Both the position numbers and the translations under genes were made by a program. The notes under the pieces were generated by a model. The model did no database searches. It was given only the letters and a program-made list of their open reading frames with translations, and was not told where the DNA came from. Source: Phocaeicola dorei (GTDB lineage Bacteria > Bacillota_I > Bacilli_A > RFN20 > CAG-288). Taken from it: a DNA stretch of 40,565 nt. The DNA lies in NCBI GenBank assembly GCA_963622735.1, contig CAVFIT010000050.1, forward strand, positions 1 through 40,565. The letters run 5' to 3'. Shown here piece by piece: positions 17,885-28,728 of this stretch (within the stretch, counting starts at the first letter, position 1; each line of letters begins with the position of its first letter).

Positions 17885-17913
17885 ATTATAATATAAAACA
17901 ATACATTTATCAA
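17885..17913 (-). promoter_or_regulatory. Near-consensus sigma-70-type promoter of the lipoprotein-opp-protease unit
   Basis: The minus strand reads TTGATA (17913-17908), a 17-nt spacer, then TATAAT (17890-17885). It lies about 40 nt upstream of the ATG at 17844 and just downstream of the atp terminator. Confidence 0.6.
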
Positions 17914-17958
17914 TTTTTTATGCTATCTATCCAATATAAAATACACCATTTTGATTAC

Positions 17959-17986
17959 AAAAAAAAGAGGTTTTTTAAAAACCTCT
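17959..17986 (-). terminator. Rho-independent terminator of the atp operon
   Basis: Palindrome AGAGGTTT...AAACCTCT (17966-17986) overlaps the atpC TAG stop. On the minus strand it is followed by a run of 7 T (complement of A17959-17965). Confidence 0.7.
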
Positions 17987-18398
17987 ATAATTTATTGTTA
18001 AGTTTAAGCCTATTTAAAGCCTTTTTCAAAGAAATTTCAGCTTTAGTGTAAGCTTCACTTTCTTTATCTAAAACAGTTTTAAGACTATCTTCAGCTCTTT
18101 GTTTAGCATTTAAAGCTCTTTGATAGTCTAATTCATCTTGAGTTTCAAAAGCGTCAGCTAAAACATTAACCTGATTTTGACTTACTTGTAAAATACCACC
18201 TTCAATAGCGATAGGATAAAAATTACCATCTTTTTTGTAATTCATAATAGAAATTTCTATCACCCCTACTAAAGGAGTATGGCCTTTTAAAATACCTATA
18301 TCTCCATCAGAAAGAGTAAAATTTGCCATTTCTACATTATCTTCAAATTTTTTTCCATCTGGAGTGGTGATTTTAAGTAAGAAACTATTATCTGCCAT
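17985..18398 (-). CDS. atpC: F1 ATP synthase epsilon subunit
   Basis: 137 aa in the last position of the atp operon. Typical N-terminal beta-sandwich (LKITTPDG...) and a C-terminal helical hairpin. Confidence 0.9.
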   Translation of the reverse strand: MADNSFLLKITTPDGKKFEDNVEMANFTLSDGDIGILKGHTPLVGVIEISIMNYKKDGNFYPIAIEGGILQVSQNQVNVLADAFETQDELDYQRALNAKQRAEDSLKTVLDKESEAYTKAEISLKKALNRLKLNNKL

Positions 18399-18403
18399 TT
18401 AAA

Positions 18404-20679
<2,276 letters not shown>

Positions 20680-20691
20680 AGCATCTCCTAA

Positions 20692-22197
20692 TTATTTATA
20701 TGCTTTTGCAAATTCATTTATAGCGTTATTTAATCTTGTCTCATATTCTTTAGACATTTCTTTTTTAGTTTCAAGTTCACTAATTAAATCGCTATGATTT
20801 TTTTGAATATATAAATATAATCCATCTAAGAAAGGATGAACCTTATTTAAATCTAAATCATCTAAGTAATAATGTTGAGCAGCAAATAATTCAATTACTT
20901 GTCTAACAAATGACATTACTTGATATTGACCTTGTTTTAATAATTCCATTAAAACTTTACCATGAACTAATGTCTTTTTAGTAGAAGCGTCTAAATCAGA
21001 ACCGAATTGAGCAAAAGATTGTAATTCTTGATAGTTAGCTAGTTCAATCTTTAAAGATTTAGATACTTGTTTAACGCATTTAAATTGAGCCGCAGAACCA
21101 ACTCTTGAAACTGATAAACCAGAATCAACAGCAGGACGTTGACCAGCGTTAAATAAATCACTAACTAAGAAAATTTGACCATCTGTAATTGAAATAACAT
21201 TAGTAGGAATATAAGCTGAAATATCACCTGATTGAGTTTCAATAATAGGTAAAGCGGTAATAGATCCACCACCGTGTTCTTGATTTAATCTACAAGCTCT
21301 TTCAAGTAATCTAGAATGAATATAGAAAACATCACCTGGATAAGCTTCTCTACCAGGAGCTCTTTTTAAAAGTAGTGATAATGTTCTATAGCTAACAGCA
21401 TGTTTAGATAAATCATCATAAACAATTAAAACATCTTTACCTTGTTCCATCCATTCTTCTGACATAGTAACCCCAGAATAAGGAGCAATGTATTTTAAAG
21501 GATCAAGTTCAGCAGCATTAGCAGCAACTATAGTTGTATATTCCATAGCGCCTTTTTCTTTTAATTTATCATACACTCTAACAACTGTAGATGTTTTTTG
21601 GCCTATAGCTACATAAACACAAAGTACATTTTTACCTTTTTGATTAATAATTGTATCAATAGCAATAGCAGTTTTACCTGTTTGTCTATCACCAATAATT
21701 AATTCTCTTTGGCCTCTACCAATAGGAATCATAGCATCAATAGCTTTAATACCAGTTTCTAAAGGAGTGTCGACTGACTTTCTAGTCATAACACCTGGAG
21801 CGATTCTTTCAATAGGTCTACTTTTATTAGTTTTGATTTCACCTAAACCATCAATAGGTTGACCTAAAGCGTTAACTACTCTTCCAAGCAATTCATCACC
21901 AACAGGAACTTCAACTACTTTACCAGTTCTTTTAACAATATCACCTTCGTGAATGAGTTTATCATTTGAGAAGATAACAGCGCCAACTGAATCTTGGTTA
22001 AGATTCATAACCATACCAAAAACATCATTAGGGAATTCTAATAATTCACCTAACATTGCGTTTTGAAGACCATAAACATTAGCAATACCATCACCAACTG
22101 TAACAATTTTACCTATATCAGTAGAAACTGTCTTTTGTGAATAATTTTTAATTTGCTGCTTAATTAAGGCAGAAATATCATCTGTTTTAATTGCCAT
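20692..22197 (-). CDS. atpA: F1 ATP synthase alpha subunit
   Basis: 501 aa. Walker [19 protein letters not shown] and the conserved block [21 protein letters not shown]. Confidence 0.97.
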   Translation of the reverse strand: MAIKTDDISALIKQQIKNYSQKTVSTDIGKIVTVGDGIANVYGLQNAMLGELLEFPNDVFGMVMNLNQDSVGAVIFSNDKLIHEGDIVKRTGKVVEVPVGDELLGRVVNALGQPIDGLGEIKTNKSRPIERIAPGVMTRKSVDTPLETGIKAIDAMIPIGRGQRELIIGDRQTGKTAIAIDTIINQKGKNVLCVYVAIGQKTSTVVRVYDKLKEKGAMEYTTIVAANAAELDPLKYIAPYSGVTMSEEWMEQGKDVLIVYDDLSKHAVSYRTLSLLLKRAPGREAYPGDVFYIHSRLLERACRLNQEHGGGSITALPIIETQSGDISAYIPTNVISITDGQIFLVSDLFNAGQRPAVDSGLSVSRVGSAAQFKCVKQVSKSLKIELANYQELQSFAQFGSDLDASTKKTLVHGKVLMELLKQGQYQVMSFVRQVIELFAAQHYYLDDLDLNKVHPFLDGLYLYIQKNHSDLISELETKKEMSKEYETRLNNAINEFAKAYK

Positions 22198-22736
22198 TAG
22201 TTAGTCCCTCCTTTTAATTCTTGTTTTAAAGATAAGATTCTTCCTTGTATAGAACCATCATATACTTTGTCATCTAATATAACTTTGATACCACCAATAA
22301 TTGATGGATCAACTTTGTTTTCAAGTTCAATCTTATAACTTAATTTCTTTTCAAGTGCAGATTCAACATTACTTATTTCTTGCTTATCTAATTTAGTAGC
22401 AGAATATATAATTCCTGATTTAATTCCTATTGAATTATTAGCCATTTTTATAAATTCTCTAAAAATATAAATAAGTCTATAAGCTCTATTGTTACTACAT
22501 ATTACCTTAATAAAAGTTTTAAGGTATTCAATATCAACTATTTTAAATGCTTGATCAATAATTTCTTCTTTTTCAGACTGATTTAAAAATGCAGAATCTA
22601 GAAGTTTTATAAATTCAGGATTCTCATTTAAAGATTGATAAATAACTTTAGCTTGTTGTAAGTACTCTTCAACATTATTTTGTTCAAGAGCAAGACTTAG
22701 TAAAGCTTGTGCATATCTTGTAGGTATTGTTTCCAT
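22197..22736 (-). CDS. atpH: F1 ATP synthase delta (OSCP) subunit
   Basis: 179 aa. Assigned from its position between atpF and atpA and the OSCP-like start [12 protein letters not shown]. The start of atpA overlaps its stop by 1 nt. Confidence 0.85.
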   Translation of the reverse strand: METIPTRYAQALLSLALEQNNVEEYLQQAKVIYQSLNENPEFIKLLDSAFLNQSEKEEIIDQAFKIVDIEYLKTFIKVICSNNRAYRLIYIFREFIKMANNSIGIKSGIIYSATKLDKQEISNVESALEKKLSYKIELENKVDPSIIGGIKVILDDKVYDGSIQGRILSLKQELKGGTN

Positions 22737-22738
22737 AA

Positions 22739-23281
22739 TTATTTACTATCTTTAGAAATATCATCTACAAAAGAATCAACCATCTTTCTTGTATCATCTT
22801 TACTAACTTCTCTTTCAAGTAATTGACTAGAAGCTTGTAAAGCGATATCGACAATTTCTTGTTTGCATTCTTCAATAGCTTGTTTCTTTTCAAGTTGAAT
22901 ATCTCTTTCAGCTTGTTCGCGTTTTAATGCGAGTTCTTGTTTTAATTCTTCTTGATATCTTAGTTTATCTTCTTCAGCTTGTTTTTTGCCTTGTAAAATA
23001 ATTTCAGATGCTTGTTTTCTAGAATTATTTAAGTTTTCTTCAGCTTGTTTATTATTTAAATCAGCTTCAGCGTTTAATTTTTGAGCATTATCAAGATTAG
23101 AATCAACAAATTCTTTTCTTTTTTGAATATAGTTATGAACAGGTTTATATCCTAACTTAATAACTATAAAAACTAAAACAAAAAAAGCTAATAATTGAGT
23201 TATAAAAGCCCAAAGATTTGGAATTAATTTACCATTAATTTCAATAGTTGGTACATCAGCTAAAATATTTAAAAAACTCAT
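22739..23281 (-). CDS. atpF: Fo ATP synthase b subunit
   Basis: 180 aa. One N-terminal TM helix followed by a long charged helix (AEENLNNSRKQASEII...), in the expected operon position. Confidence 0.88.
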   Translation of the reverse strand: MSFLNILADVPTIEINGKLIPNLWAFITQLLAFFVLVFIVIKLGYKPVHNYIQKRKEFVDSNLDNAQKLNAEADLNNKQAEENLNNSRKQASEIILQGKKQAEEDKLRYQEELKQELALKREQAERDIQLEKKQAIEECKQEIVDIALQASSQLLEREVSKDDTRKMVDSFVDDISKDSK

Positions 23282-23304
23282 AATAACTCCTTCCTAAAAT
23301 TAAA

Positions 23305-23532
23305 TTACATAACAAGACACATAATAGCGATAACTAAACCGTAAATACCAGTAGTTTCGTCTAAAGCACAACCTAAAATCATAGTTGTACGAAGTTTAGA
23401 ATACATTTGAGGGTTTCTTGCCATACCATCGATAGCGTGAGAACAAATAAAGCCTTCACCAATACCAGAACCTAAACCGGTTAATACAGCAATACCAGCA
23501 CCTATATACTTTAATCCATCCATATTTTCCAC
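23305..23532 (-). CDS. atpE: Fo ATP synthase c subunit (proteolipid) with Na+-type ligand signature
   Basis: 75 aa helical hairpin. GxGxGxG (G19-G25), loop R39-N40-P41, and helix-2 carboxylate E59 in ALDETTGIY. See the finding on this gene. Confidence 0.93.
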   Translation of the reverse strand: MENMDGLKYIGAGIAVLTGLGSGIGEGFICSHAIDGMARNPQMYSKLRTTMILGCALDETTGIYGLVIAIMCLVM

Positions 23533-23545
23533 CTCCTTTCAAATA

Positions 23546-24334
23546 TTAATTAGCACCTTCCTGTTTAAGGAATACTTGATCATCTTCTTCATCTTGAGGA
23601 CCTTCTTGAGACACCCAAATCATAGTAAGAACACAGAAGACTAATGTTTGAATTAATCCACTGAATAAGTCAAAATACAAATGTAACCATGGTGTAATAA
23701 ATGGAGCTACAATCACTGAATTTAATCCTGGTACAGAAATAAATGCAAATATTGCAGCAGATAGTTGTTGTAAATAGAAATAAACTAATGTCATTAAACA
23801 ATAACCAACTAGAGCATTACCAAATAAACGTAATGTAATTGATAATAAAGGAGCCCACATTGATAATAAGTTAATTGGTAAAAATACCGCGATAGGATCT
23901 ATATATCTTTTAAAATATCCCCACTTATTAGTTTTAATAGCAGTGGCATGAATCATTACAAAAGTAATTAATCCTAGACTTAATGGAACTGCTAATTCAG
24001 TTAACGGGTTAGGTAAACCAGTTAAACCGATGATGAAGCAGAAGAATATATACATAGCAAGAGCCATTATATATCCAGCAAACTTTCTCCATCTTTTACC
24101 CATAATCTCGATTACTTGATTATCTAATAATTCAACAAACGCACAAATTAGAGTAATAAATTTATTTTTATCTTTCTTAGTAGGATCTTTTTTACGAAAC
24201 ATGAACCATATCAAAACACTAAATAAGGCGACAAACCCCATTACTGCAAAAGACATGATCATTTCACCACTATAAGTAGTTTCACCCCATTTAAGCGAAT
24301 TAGAAAAATCTAACGCCATTAAATTTAAACTCAT
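23546..24334 (-). CDS. atpB: Fo ATP synthase a subunit
   Basis: 262 aa polytopic protein. Conserved stator arginine in LSITLRLFGNALVG. Confidence 0.92.
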   Translation of the reverse strand: MSLNLMALDFSNSLKWGETTYSGEMIMSFAVMGFVALFSVLIWFMFRKKDPTKKDKNKFITLICAFVELLDNQVIEIMGKRWRKFAGYIMALAMYIFFCFIIGLTGLPNPLTELAVPLSLGLITFVMIHATAIKTNKWGYFKRYIDPIAVFLPINLLSMWAPLLSITLRLFGNALVGYCLMTLVYFYLQQLSAAIFAFISVPGLNSVIVAPFITPWLHLYFDLFSGLIQTLVFCVLTMIWVSQEGPQDEEDDQVFLKQEGAN

Positions 24335-24340
24335 TTTTTA

Positions 24341-24784
24341 TTAATCCTTATTTTCATTTTCTTGAATAGGTTGAATGTTTTCTTCTTCAACTGGTTTAAT
24401 TAATGATAATATGCCAGTCATAACAAAAAAAGGAACACCACTAGCAAGAATATTCATATAAATTATCTTATTTTGATCAGCACCTTTAGTTAAGTAAATA
24501 ACTAAAGTAGATAAACCAATAGCAGCAAACATCATTAAAAAACGAATGAAGTGTCCTGCACCTAACATAACCATTTCACTTTTTTTAGCATCAGGTTTTA
24601 ATCCATCACCAGATTTAATTAAAAGTACTAAATTTACACATGCACATACCCCACTAATAGCTAAACTAGTAGCGATGTAATAATTATTCCAAATTAAACC
24701 TATTAAACTAATAGCAATTAAAACAATAATTACTAACCAGTAAATTAAGCATGATTTTGTTAAATAAGGTAATTTTTTTATCAT
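24341..24784 (-). CDS. AtpI-like small membrane protein, first gene of the atp operon
   Basis: Four hydrophobic helices immediately upstream of atpB. The ORF-track start (24829) is a TTG that runs through the likely promoter. I use the ATG at 24784 (MIKKLPYL...), which is preceded by AAAGGAA. The AtpI assignment rests on position only. Confidence 0.6.
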   Translation of the reverse strand: MIKKLPYLTKSCLIYWLVIIVLIAISLIGLIWNNYYIATSLAISGVCACVNLVLLIKSGDGLKPDAKKSEMVMLGAGHFIRFLMMFAAIGLSTLVIYLTKGADQNKIIYMNILASGVPFFVMTGILSLIKPVEEENIQPIQENENKD

Positions 24785-24809
24785 CTTGTCATTCCTTTCG
24801 ACCCACTCT

Positions 24810-24815
24810 ATTATA
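24810..24815 (-). promoter_or_regulatory. Candidate -10 element of the atp operon promoter
   Basis: The minus strand reads TGTATAAT (TATAAT at 24815-24810), about 25 nt upstream of the ATG at 24784. The -35 is weak (TTATCT with a 17-nt spacer). Confidence 0.35.
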
Positions 24816-24868
24816 CATTCAAAAAACAAAAAAGATAAAGAAAAATCGCATTTTAAAAATTTATTTTT

Positions 24869-24888
24869 TACATTTTTATAAAAATGTA
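24869..24888. repeat. Perfect 20-bp palindrome upstream of the atp promoter
   Basis: TACATTTTTA|TAAAAATGTA is exactly self-complementary. It lies between the upstream terminator and the atp -10 element. Confidence 0.6.
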
Positions 24889-24929
24889 TATTAAATAAAT
24901 CTAAGTTATTAAAAACTATTAAACATATT

Positions 24930-24961
24930 AAAAATCCTGTTAACTTTTTTTATTAACAGGA
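24930..24961 (-). terminator. Rho-independent terminator of the beta-helix/GLUG/lipoprotein operon
   Basis: 9-bp stem TCCTGTTAA (24935-24943) / TTAACAGGA (24953-24961), followed on the minus strand by TTTTT. It sits 9 nt after the stop at 24970. Confidence 0.65.
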
Positions 24962-24969
24962 CTTACTTT

Positions 24970-25638
24970 TTATACTGTAGGTAAACTAATATTAGGCATT
25001 GAATATTCATAATTCAATGTAATTGTACATGTATATGATGCTTTAGTTAAATATTCAAATTCTAGTTTAGCGATTTTTTCAACACTATCAATTTTTTGAA
25101 CACTACCTTTTATAGTCACATCACTATTTACATCACTTATTTCTTTGGTAAAAAATGCTGTAGTATCATCTTTTAATACTTTTGAAGTAAATGAAGAACT
25201 AGTTCCACTAATTTCTTGTAACACTTGGAAATTATAACTAATAGAAAATACTTTAATTGTATTAGTTTCATCTTTAATAGAATACTTACCATCATCACCT
25301 AATGTATATGTTTTACTAGGTGAATAATATATATTAAACGCTTTAGTTTTACTATCACTTCCAGAAGGATTATCAACACTATTTATAATAGCTTTTGTAC
25401 CATAATTATGTAAGATATTTGACTCAGTATTTACTTCATAATTAGAATAAGTAGAAGAAATAGTCTGCCCTTTGTTAGAAATATTAGTAGAACTTCTAAT
25501 AATATAAGGACTTTTCTCAGCTTGTATAATAGTTTGTTTAATATCAGCTATACCTGAACTAGAATTATTATTACCTCCACATGAAGTCATTGATACTAAT
25601 AATAATGATAAAGGTAATATTACTAATTTCTTATTCAT
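24970..25638 (-). CDS. Orphan small lipoprotein
   Basis: Start reassigned to the ATG at 25638 (MNKKLVILPLSLLLVSMTS-C-GGNNNSSSG), which is preceded by AGGAGGG. The ORF-track TTG at 25674 overlaps the upstream gene. No assignable motif. Confidence 0.7.
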   Translation of the reverse strand: MNKKLVILPLSLLLVSMTSCGGNNNSSSGIADIKQTIIQAEKSPYIIRSSTNISNKGQTISSTYSNYEVNTESNILHNYGTKAIINSVDNPSGSDSKTKAFNIYYSPSKTYTLGDDGKYSIKDETNTIKVFSISYNFQVLQEISGTSSSFTSKVLKDDTTAFFTKEISDVNSDVTIKGSVQKIDSVEKIAKLEFEYLTKASYTCTITLNYEYSMPNISLPTV

Positions 25639-25654
25639 AATCTTTTCCCTCCTT

Positions 25655-28600
25655 TTATAAATTAATATCAACAATAGAACTTGAAGAAGAATAAATATCT
25701 TCTATTTGTTTAATATATTCTTCATATTGAGTTTTACATTGATCATATTTTGCTTTTAAATCAGCAACACTAGTTTTATCTTCACTAGATAAATACTTAT
25801 AAACATTACTTGCTTTATATAAAGGATATCTATAAGTAGAGACATTGCCATCTAACATATCAATATATTGTTTATAGTCAGCTGTAGTAAATGATAATTT
25901 ACTCTCATCTTTTGATTTAACTATAGGTCTAGATAAGCTAGTATCAAATGACCAATCTAAGTTAGTATCTAAATCTCTTAAGAAAGTATTTTTCTCCCAC
26001 CATGATTGTGAACTAAAATTAGCATAAGAAATAGAATCACCAAAACTAATAGCTGTTTTTGTTGGAGTAATAGAATCACCTAAATCTGAATAATCTTCAG
26101 CGATATAATTAACATTAGATCCACTATAAGAAGATGTATTTGCATCATGAGAACCAATAAAGTTATTAAAGTAAGTAGGTTGAGTCATAGATTTAATTTT
26201 TAAATCTGAAAGAATGTTATTAGCAACAATCTTGCCACCTTCTTTATTATGTCCAGCAATAGCACCTACTTCTTTTTTAGCAAATGTTACTTCTAATAAA
26301 ATAACTGCATTATTAATATTTGTCTTTGCTCTATTTCTACCAATTAAGCCAACTGCAGCTCCTTCAGTATTAATTTTTCCTTGAGCGTAAATATTTTCCA
26401 TATTTACTGTGACATCTTGAGAAGAACCACCTACACCACCAGTAAGTAAACCAACATATTTATTACAATCGATTTCACAATCAATAATATTTACATTTCT
26501 AACATTAGATACAGTTTCATCTCCTCTAAATCTTCCTACTAAAATAGCGTAATATCCTTCACTACCTTCAGCATCAGGATTTGTAATAACTTTACTATTT
26601 GTAACATTAACATTTTCAATAGTACCGCCAAACACTTGACCAGCAAGAATACATGAATCACCAGATCCAGAAGTATAACAAGAATCAAAATTAATATTTT
26701 TAACTGTTCCTTTTAATTCTTTAAATAATGCTGTTTTAGGATCAGTAGAAACTAATAAAAGATTAGAAATAGTATGCCCTTGTCCATCTAATACACCTGC
26801 AAATGAAATAGCAGTATCAGCTGAAAATTTCCAATCATAAGAAGAACAATCAATATCATTAATTAATCTAAATGTTGAACTTTTTGTAGATTCATTAATA
26901 GTCATATCATATAAATCTTCTACACTAGAAATATTAACAACTGTTGAAATCTCTTTAGCTGAATAGATAATAGAATCACCATTAGTAGATGTAAGTAGTA
27001 AATATGCATCATACTCTTTAGAAATATCTATCAAGTTTGTATCAATAGAAATAGTAGAAGATGTAAGTACAATATTATTACCTCCATCTACTTTACCATC
27101 TACATTAGCGTTAGATTTAATATCACTAGCACTAGGAGTTGTACTATTTTTATTTAATATTAAATAAGATGCACTAACATTAGCTTGATATACATTTCCA
27201 GATAAAGTAATTCTAGCTTTAGTAGTATAAGTAGAATCTTGTTTTAAATAAGAGGCTTTAAAATTAACTATACTAGCACTTTCACCTACCTTAGATTCAT
27301 AAAAATACTGTTTAACTTCTTTTATTTCATTATATTTAGTTAATGTAATAGTAAATGTCTTTGTAGTTAATTTATATGCACCTACATTTTCTTCAACTAA
27401 TATTGGCTCACTAACAGTATAATCACTTCCTTTTGTTAATATCTTTGTATTATCAAATCTATTTTCAATTTTAAATTCAGGAATTGTATTAAATGTAGCT
27501 GTATCGCCTTTATAATAATAAACTTCTTCAGGATAATCTTTAACTAAGCCGATACCTAAATCTCTATTAGGGTTAGAAATAGTCTCTTCTTTAGGTAGAT
27601 TTACAATATTATCAAACTTAATATCTGAAATATATGTATAACCATTTTTAGTACCACTTAAAATCTTAATTTTTAAAGAATCAAGTATTTTAGAAGAGTT
27701 TCCATTAGACATTACACCTGCACTAGTGTTATATTCTTTTAATCCTGCAGTTATTTCTTTGTAACTAGAATTAGAAAAATCATATTGATATAACTTAACA
27801 TAACCAGATAATGTAAGTTCTACTCTATATTTATTCCATATACCTTCTTTAGGAGCAGATTCATATGTGTAATCTTGACTATTATAAACAAACGAATTTC
27901 CACTACTTGATAAAGTCATACCAAAGGCTTTATTTGTTCCACCATTTAACGAAATTTCAACTCCGTTAGTATCTCCTTCAAACATGGTATAAAATTCAAA
28001 CGCAACTTTTTTAACACCGGTTGAATCTGTACTAGTTACATTTGTATTATTAGCATTTATTTTTGTGGTATATACATTAGCGGTAGATAATTTACCTGAT
28101 TTAATTTCAAGCATTTTCTTATCTTTTATAGGTAAATTAACATTATTTACTACACTTTCTTTAATATTAGCTAAACCTAAATTACCACTAGCAGTGTATT
28201 TAAAATAGTTACCTATATCAATACCTGTTTTATATGAATTAAAATCTTCATTAAACGCTAAAGGTAAATCCTCTTCTTTAGAATTAGAAGAATGTAATAC
28301 TGTTAAATCAAATGTTTTATCAACACTATATTCTTCACCATTTAATTCATAAGTAATAGTAGCAGTTAATCTAACATTTTTATCTACTAAACTATCTTGA
28401 CTTACCCTACCTATAATATCACTTACTTTACCTGAGTCAGCTTTAGATACTTCTATTGTAATAACACTTGTATCAGAAGAAGCCCATGTAATAGAAGTAG
28501 AATATAAACCAGTATGAGGTAATCTAATATCACTTACTATCTTAGTTGTATCAATATTTAACTCTAATAATTCATAAGCTTTAGTAAGTTCATCAGGGTT

Positions 28601-28714
28601 TTGACTAGTTGCAGTAGCATAATTTATATTCTTTAAAATTGATGAAGAAACATTGTTTCCTCCAATAAGAGAAAAACATGTTGCTAAACATACAATAATT
28701 AATGATTTTTTCAT
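25655..28714 (-). CDS. Large secreted/surface multidomain protein with a GLUG-type repeat region
   Basis: 1019 aa with an N-terminal signal/anchor MKKSLIIVCLATCFSLIGG. An Ig-like segment (IRLPHTGLYSTSITWASSDTSVITI) resembles the degenerate bacterial Ig domains of Firmicute surface proteins. Residues ~150-370 look like a ConA/LamG-type beta-sandwich, by inference. FAGVLDGQGHTISNLLL is followed by periodic rungs (VKNINFDSC, IENVNVTNS, VRNVNIIDC, VGLLTGG, VGLIGRN, VGAIAGHN), as in GLUG-motif proteins. AGGAGGG RBS, 14 nt after the upstream stop. Confidence 0.6.
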   Translation of the reverse strand: MKKSLIIVCLATCFSLIGGNNVSSSILKNINYATATSQNPDELTKAYELLELNIDTTKIVSDIRLPHTGLYSTSITWASSDTSVITIEVSKADSGKVSDIIGRVSQDSLVDKNVRLTATITYELNGEEYSVDKTFDLTVLHSSNSKEEDLPLAFNEDFNSYKTGIDIGNYFKYTASGNLGLANIKESVVNNVNLPIKDKKMLEIKSGKLSTANVYTTKINANNTNVTSTDSTGVKKVAFEFYTMFEGDTNGVEISLNGGTNKAFGMTLSSSGNSFVYNSQDYTYESAPKEGIWNKYRVELTLSGYVKLYQYDFSNSSYKEITAGLKEYNTSAGVMSNGNSSKILDSLKIKILSGTKNGYTYISDIKFDNIVNLPKEETISNPNRDLGIGLVKDYPEEVYYYKGDTATFNTIPEFKIENRFDNTKILTKGSDYTVSEPILVEENVGAYKLTTKTFTITLTKYNEIKEVKQYFYESKVGESASIVNFKASYLKQDSTYTTKARITLSGNVYQANVSASYLILNKNSTTPSASDIKSNANVDGKVDGGNNIVLTSSTISIDTNLIDISKEYDAYLLLTSTNGDSIIYSAKEISTVVNISSVEDLYDMTINESTKSSTFRLINDIDCSSYDWKFSADTAISFAGVLDGQGHTISNLLLVSTDPKTALFKELKGTVKNINFDSCYTSGSGDSCILAGQVFGGTIENVNVTNSKVITNPDAEGSEGYYAILVGRFRGDETVSNVRNVNIIDCEIDCNKYVGLLTGGVGGSSQDVTVNMENIYAQGKINTEGAAVGLIGRNRAKTNINNAVILLEVTFAKKEVGAIAGHNKEGGKIVANNILSDLKIKSMTQPTYFNNFIGSHDANTSSYSGSNVNYIAEDYSDLGDSITPTKTAISFGDSISYANFSSQSWWEKNTFLRDLDTNLDWSFDTSLSRPIVKSKDESKLSFTTADYKQYIDMLDGNVSTYRYPLYKASNVYKYLSSEDKTSVADLKAKYDQCKTQYEEYIKQIEDIYSSSSSIVDINL

Positions 28715-28728
28715 TTTCTATTTCCCTC

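Noticed and set aside
24785-24829. N-terminal extension (MFFECIIEWVERNDK) of the AtpI-like ORF
   Set aside because: The extension starts at a TTG and contains the candidate TATAAT -10 box. The downstream ATG at 24784 has an AAAGGAA RBS and begins a sensible membrane protein.
25639-25674. N-terminal extension (MLILIYKRREKI) of the 24970 lipoprotein ORF
   Set aside because: The extension starts at a TTG, overlaps the stop of the upstream gene and includes the AGGAGGG RBS that serves the ATG at 25638. A signal peptide starts cleanly at MNKK.
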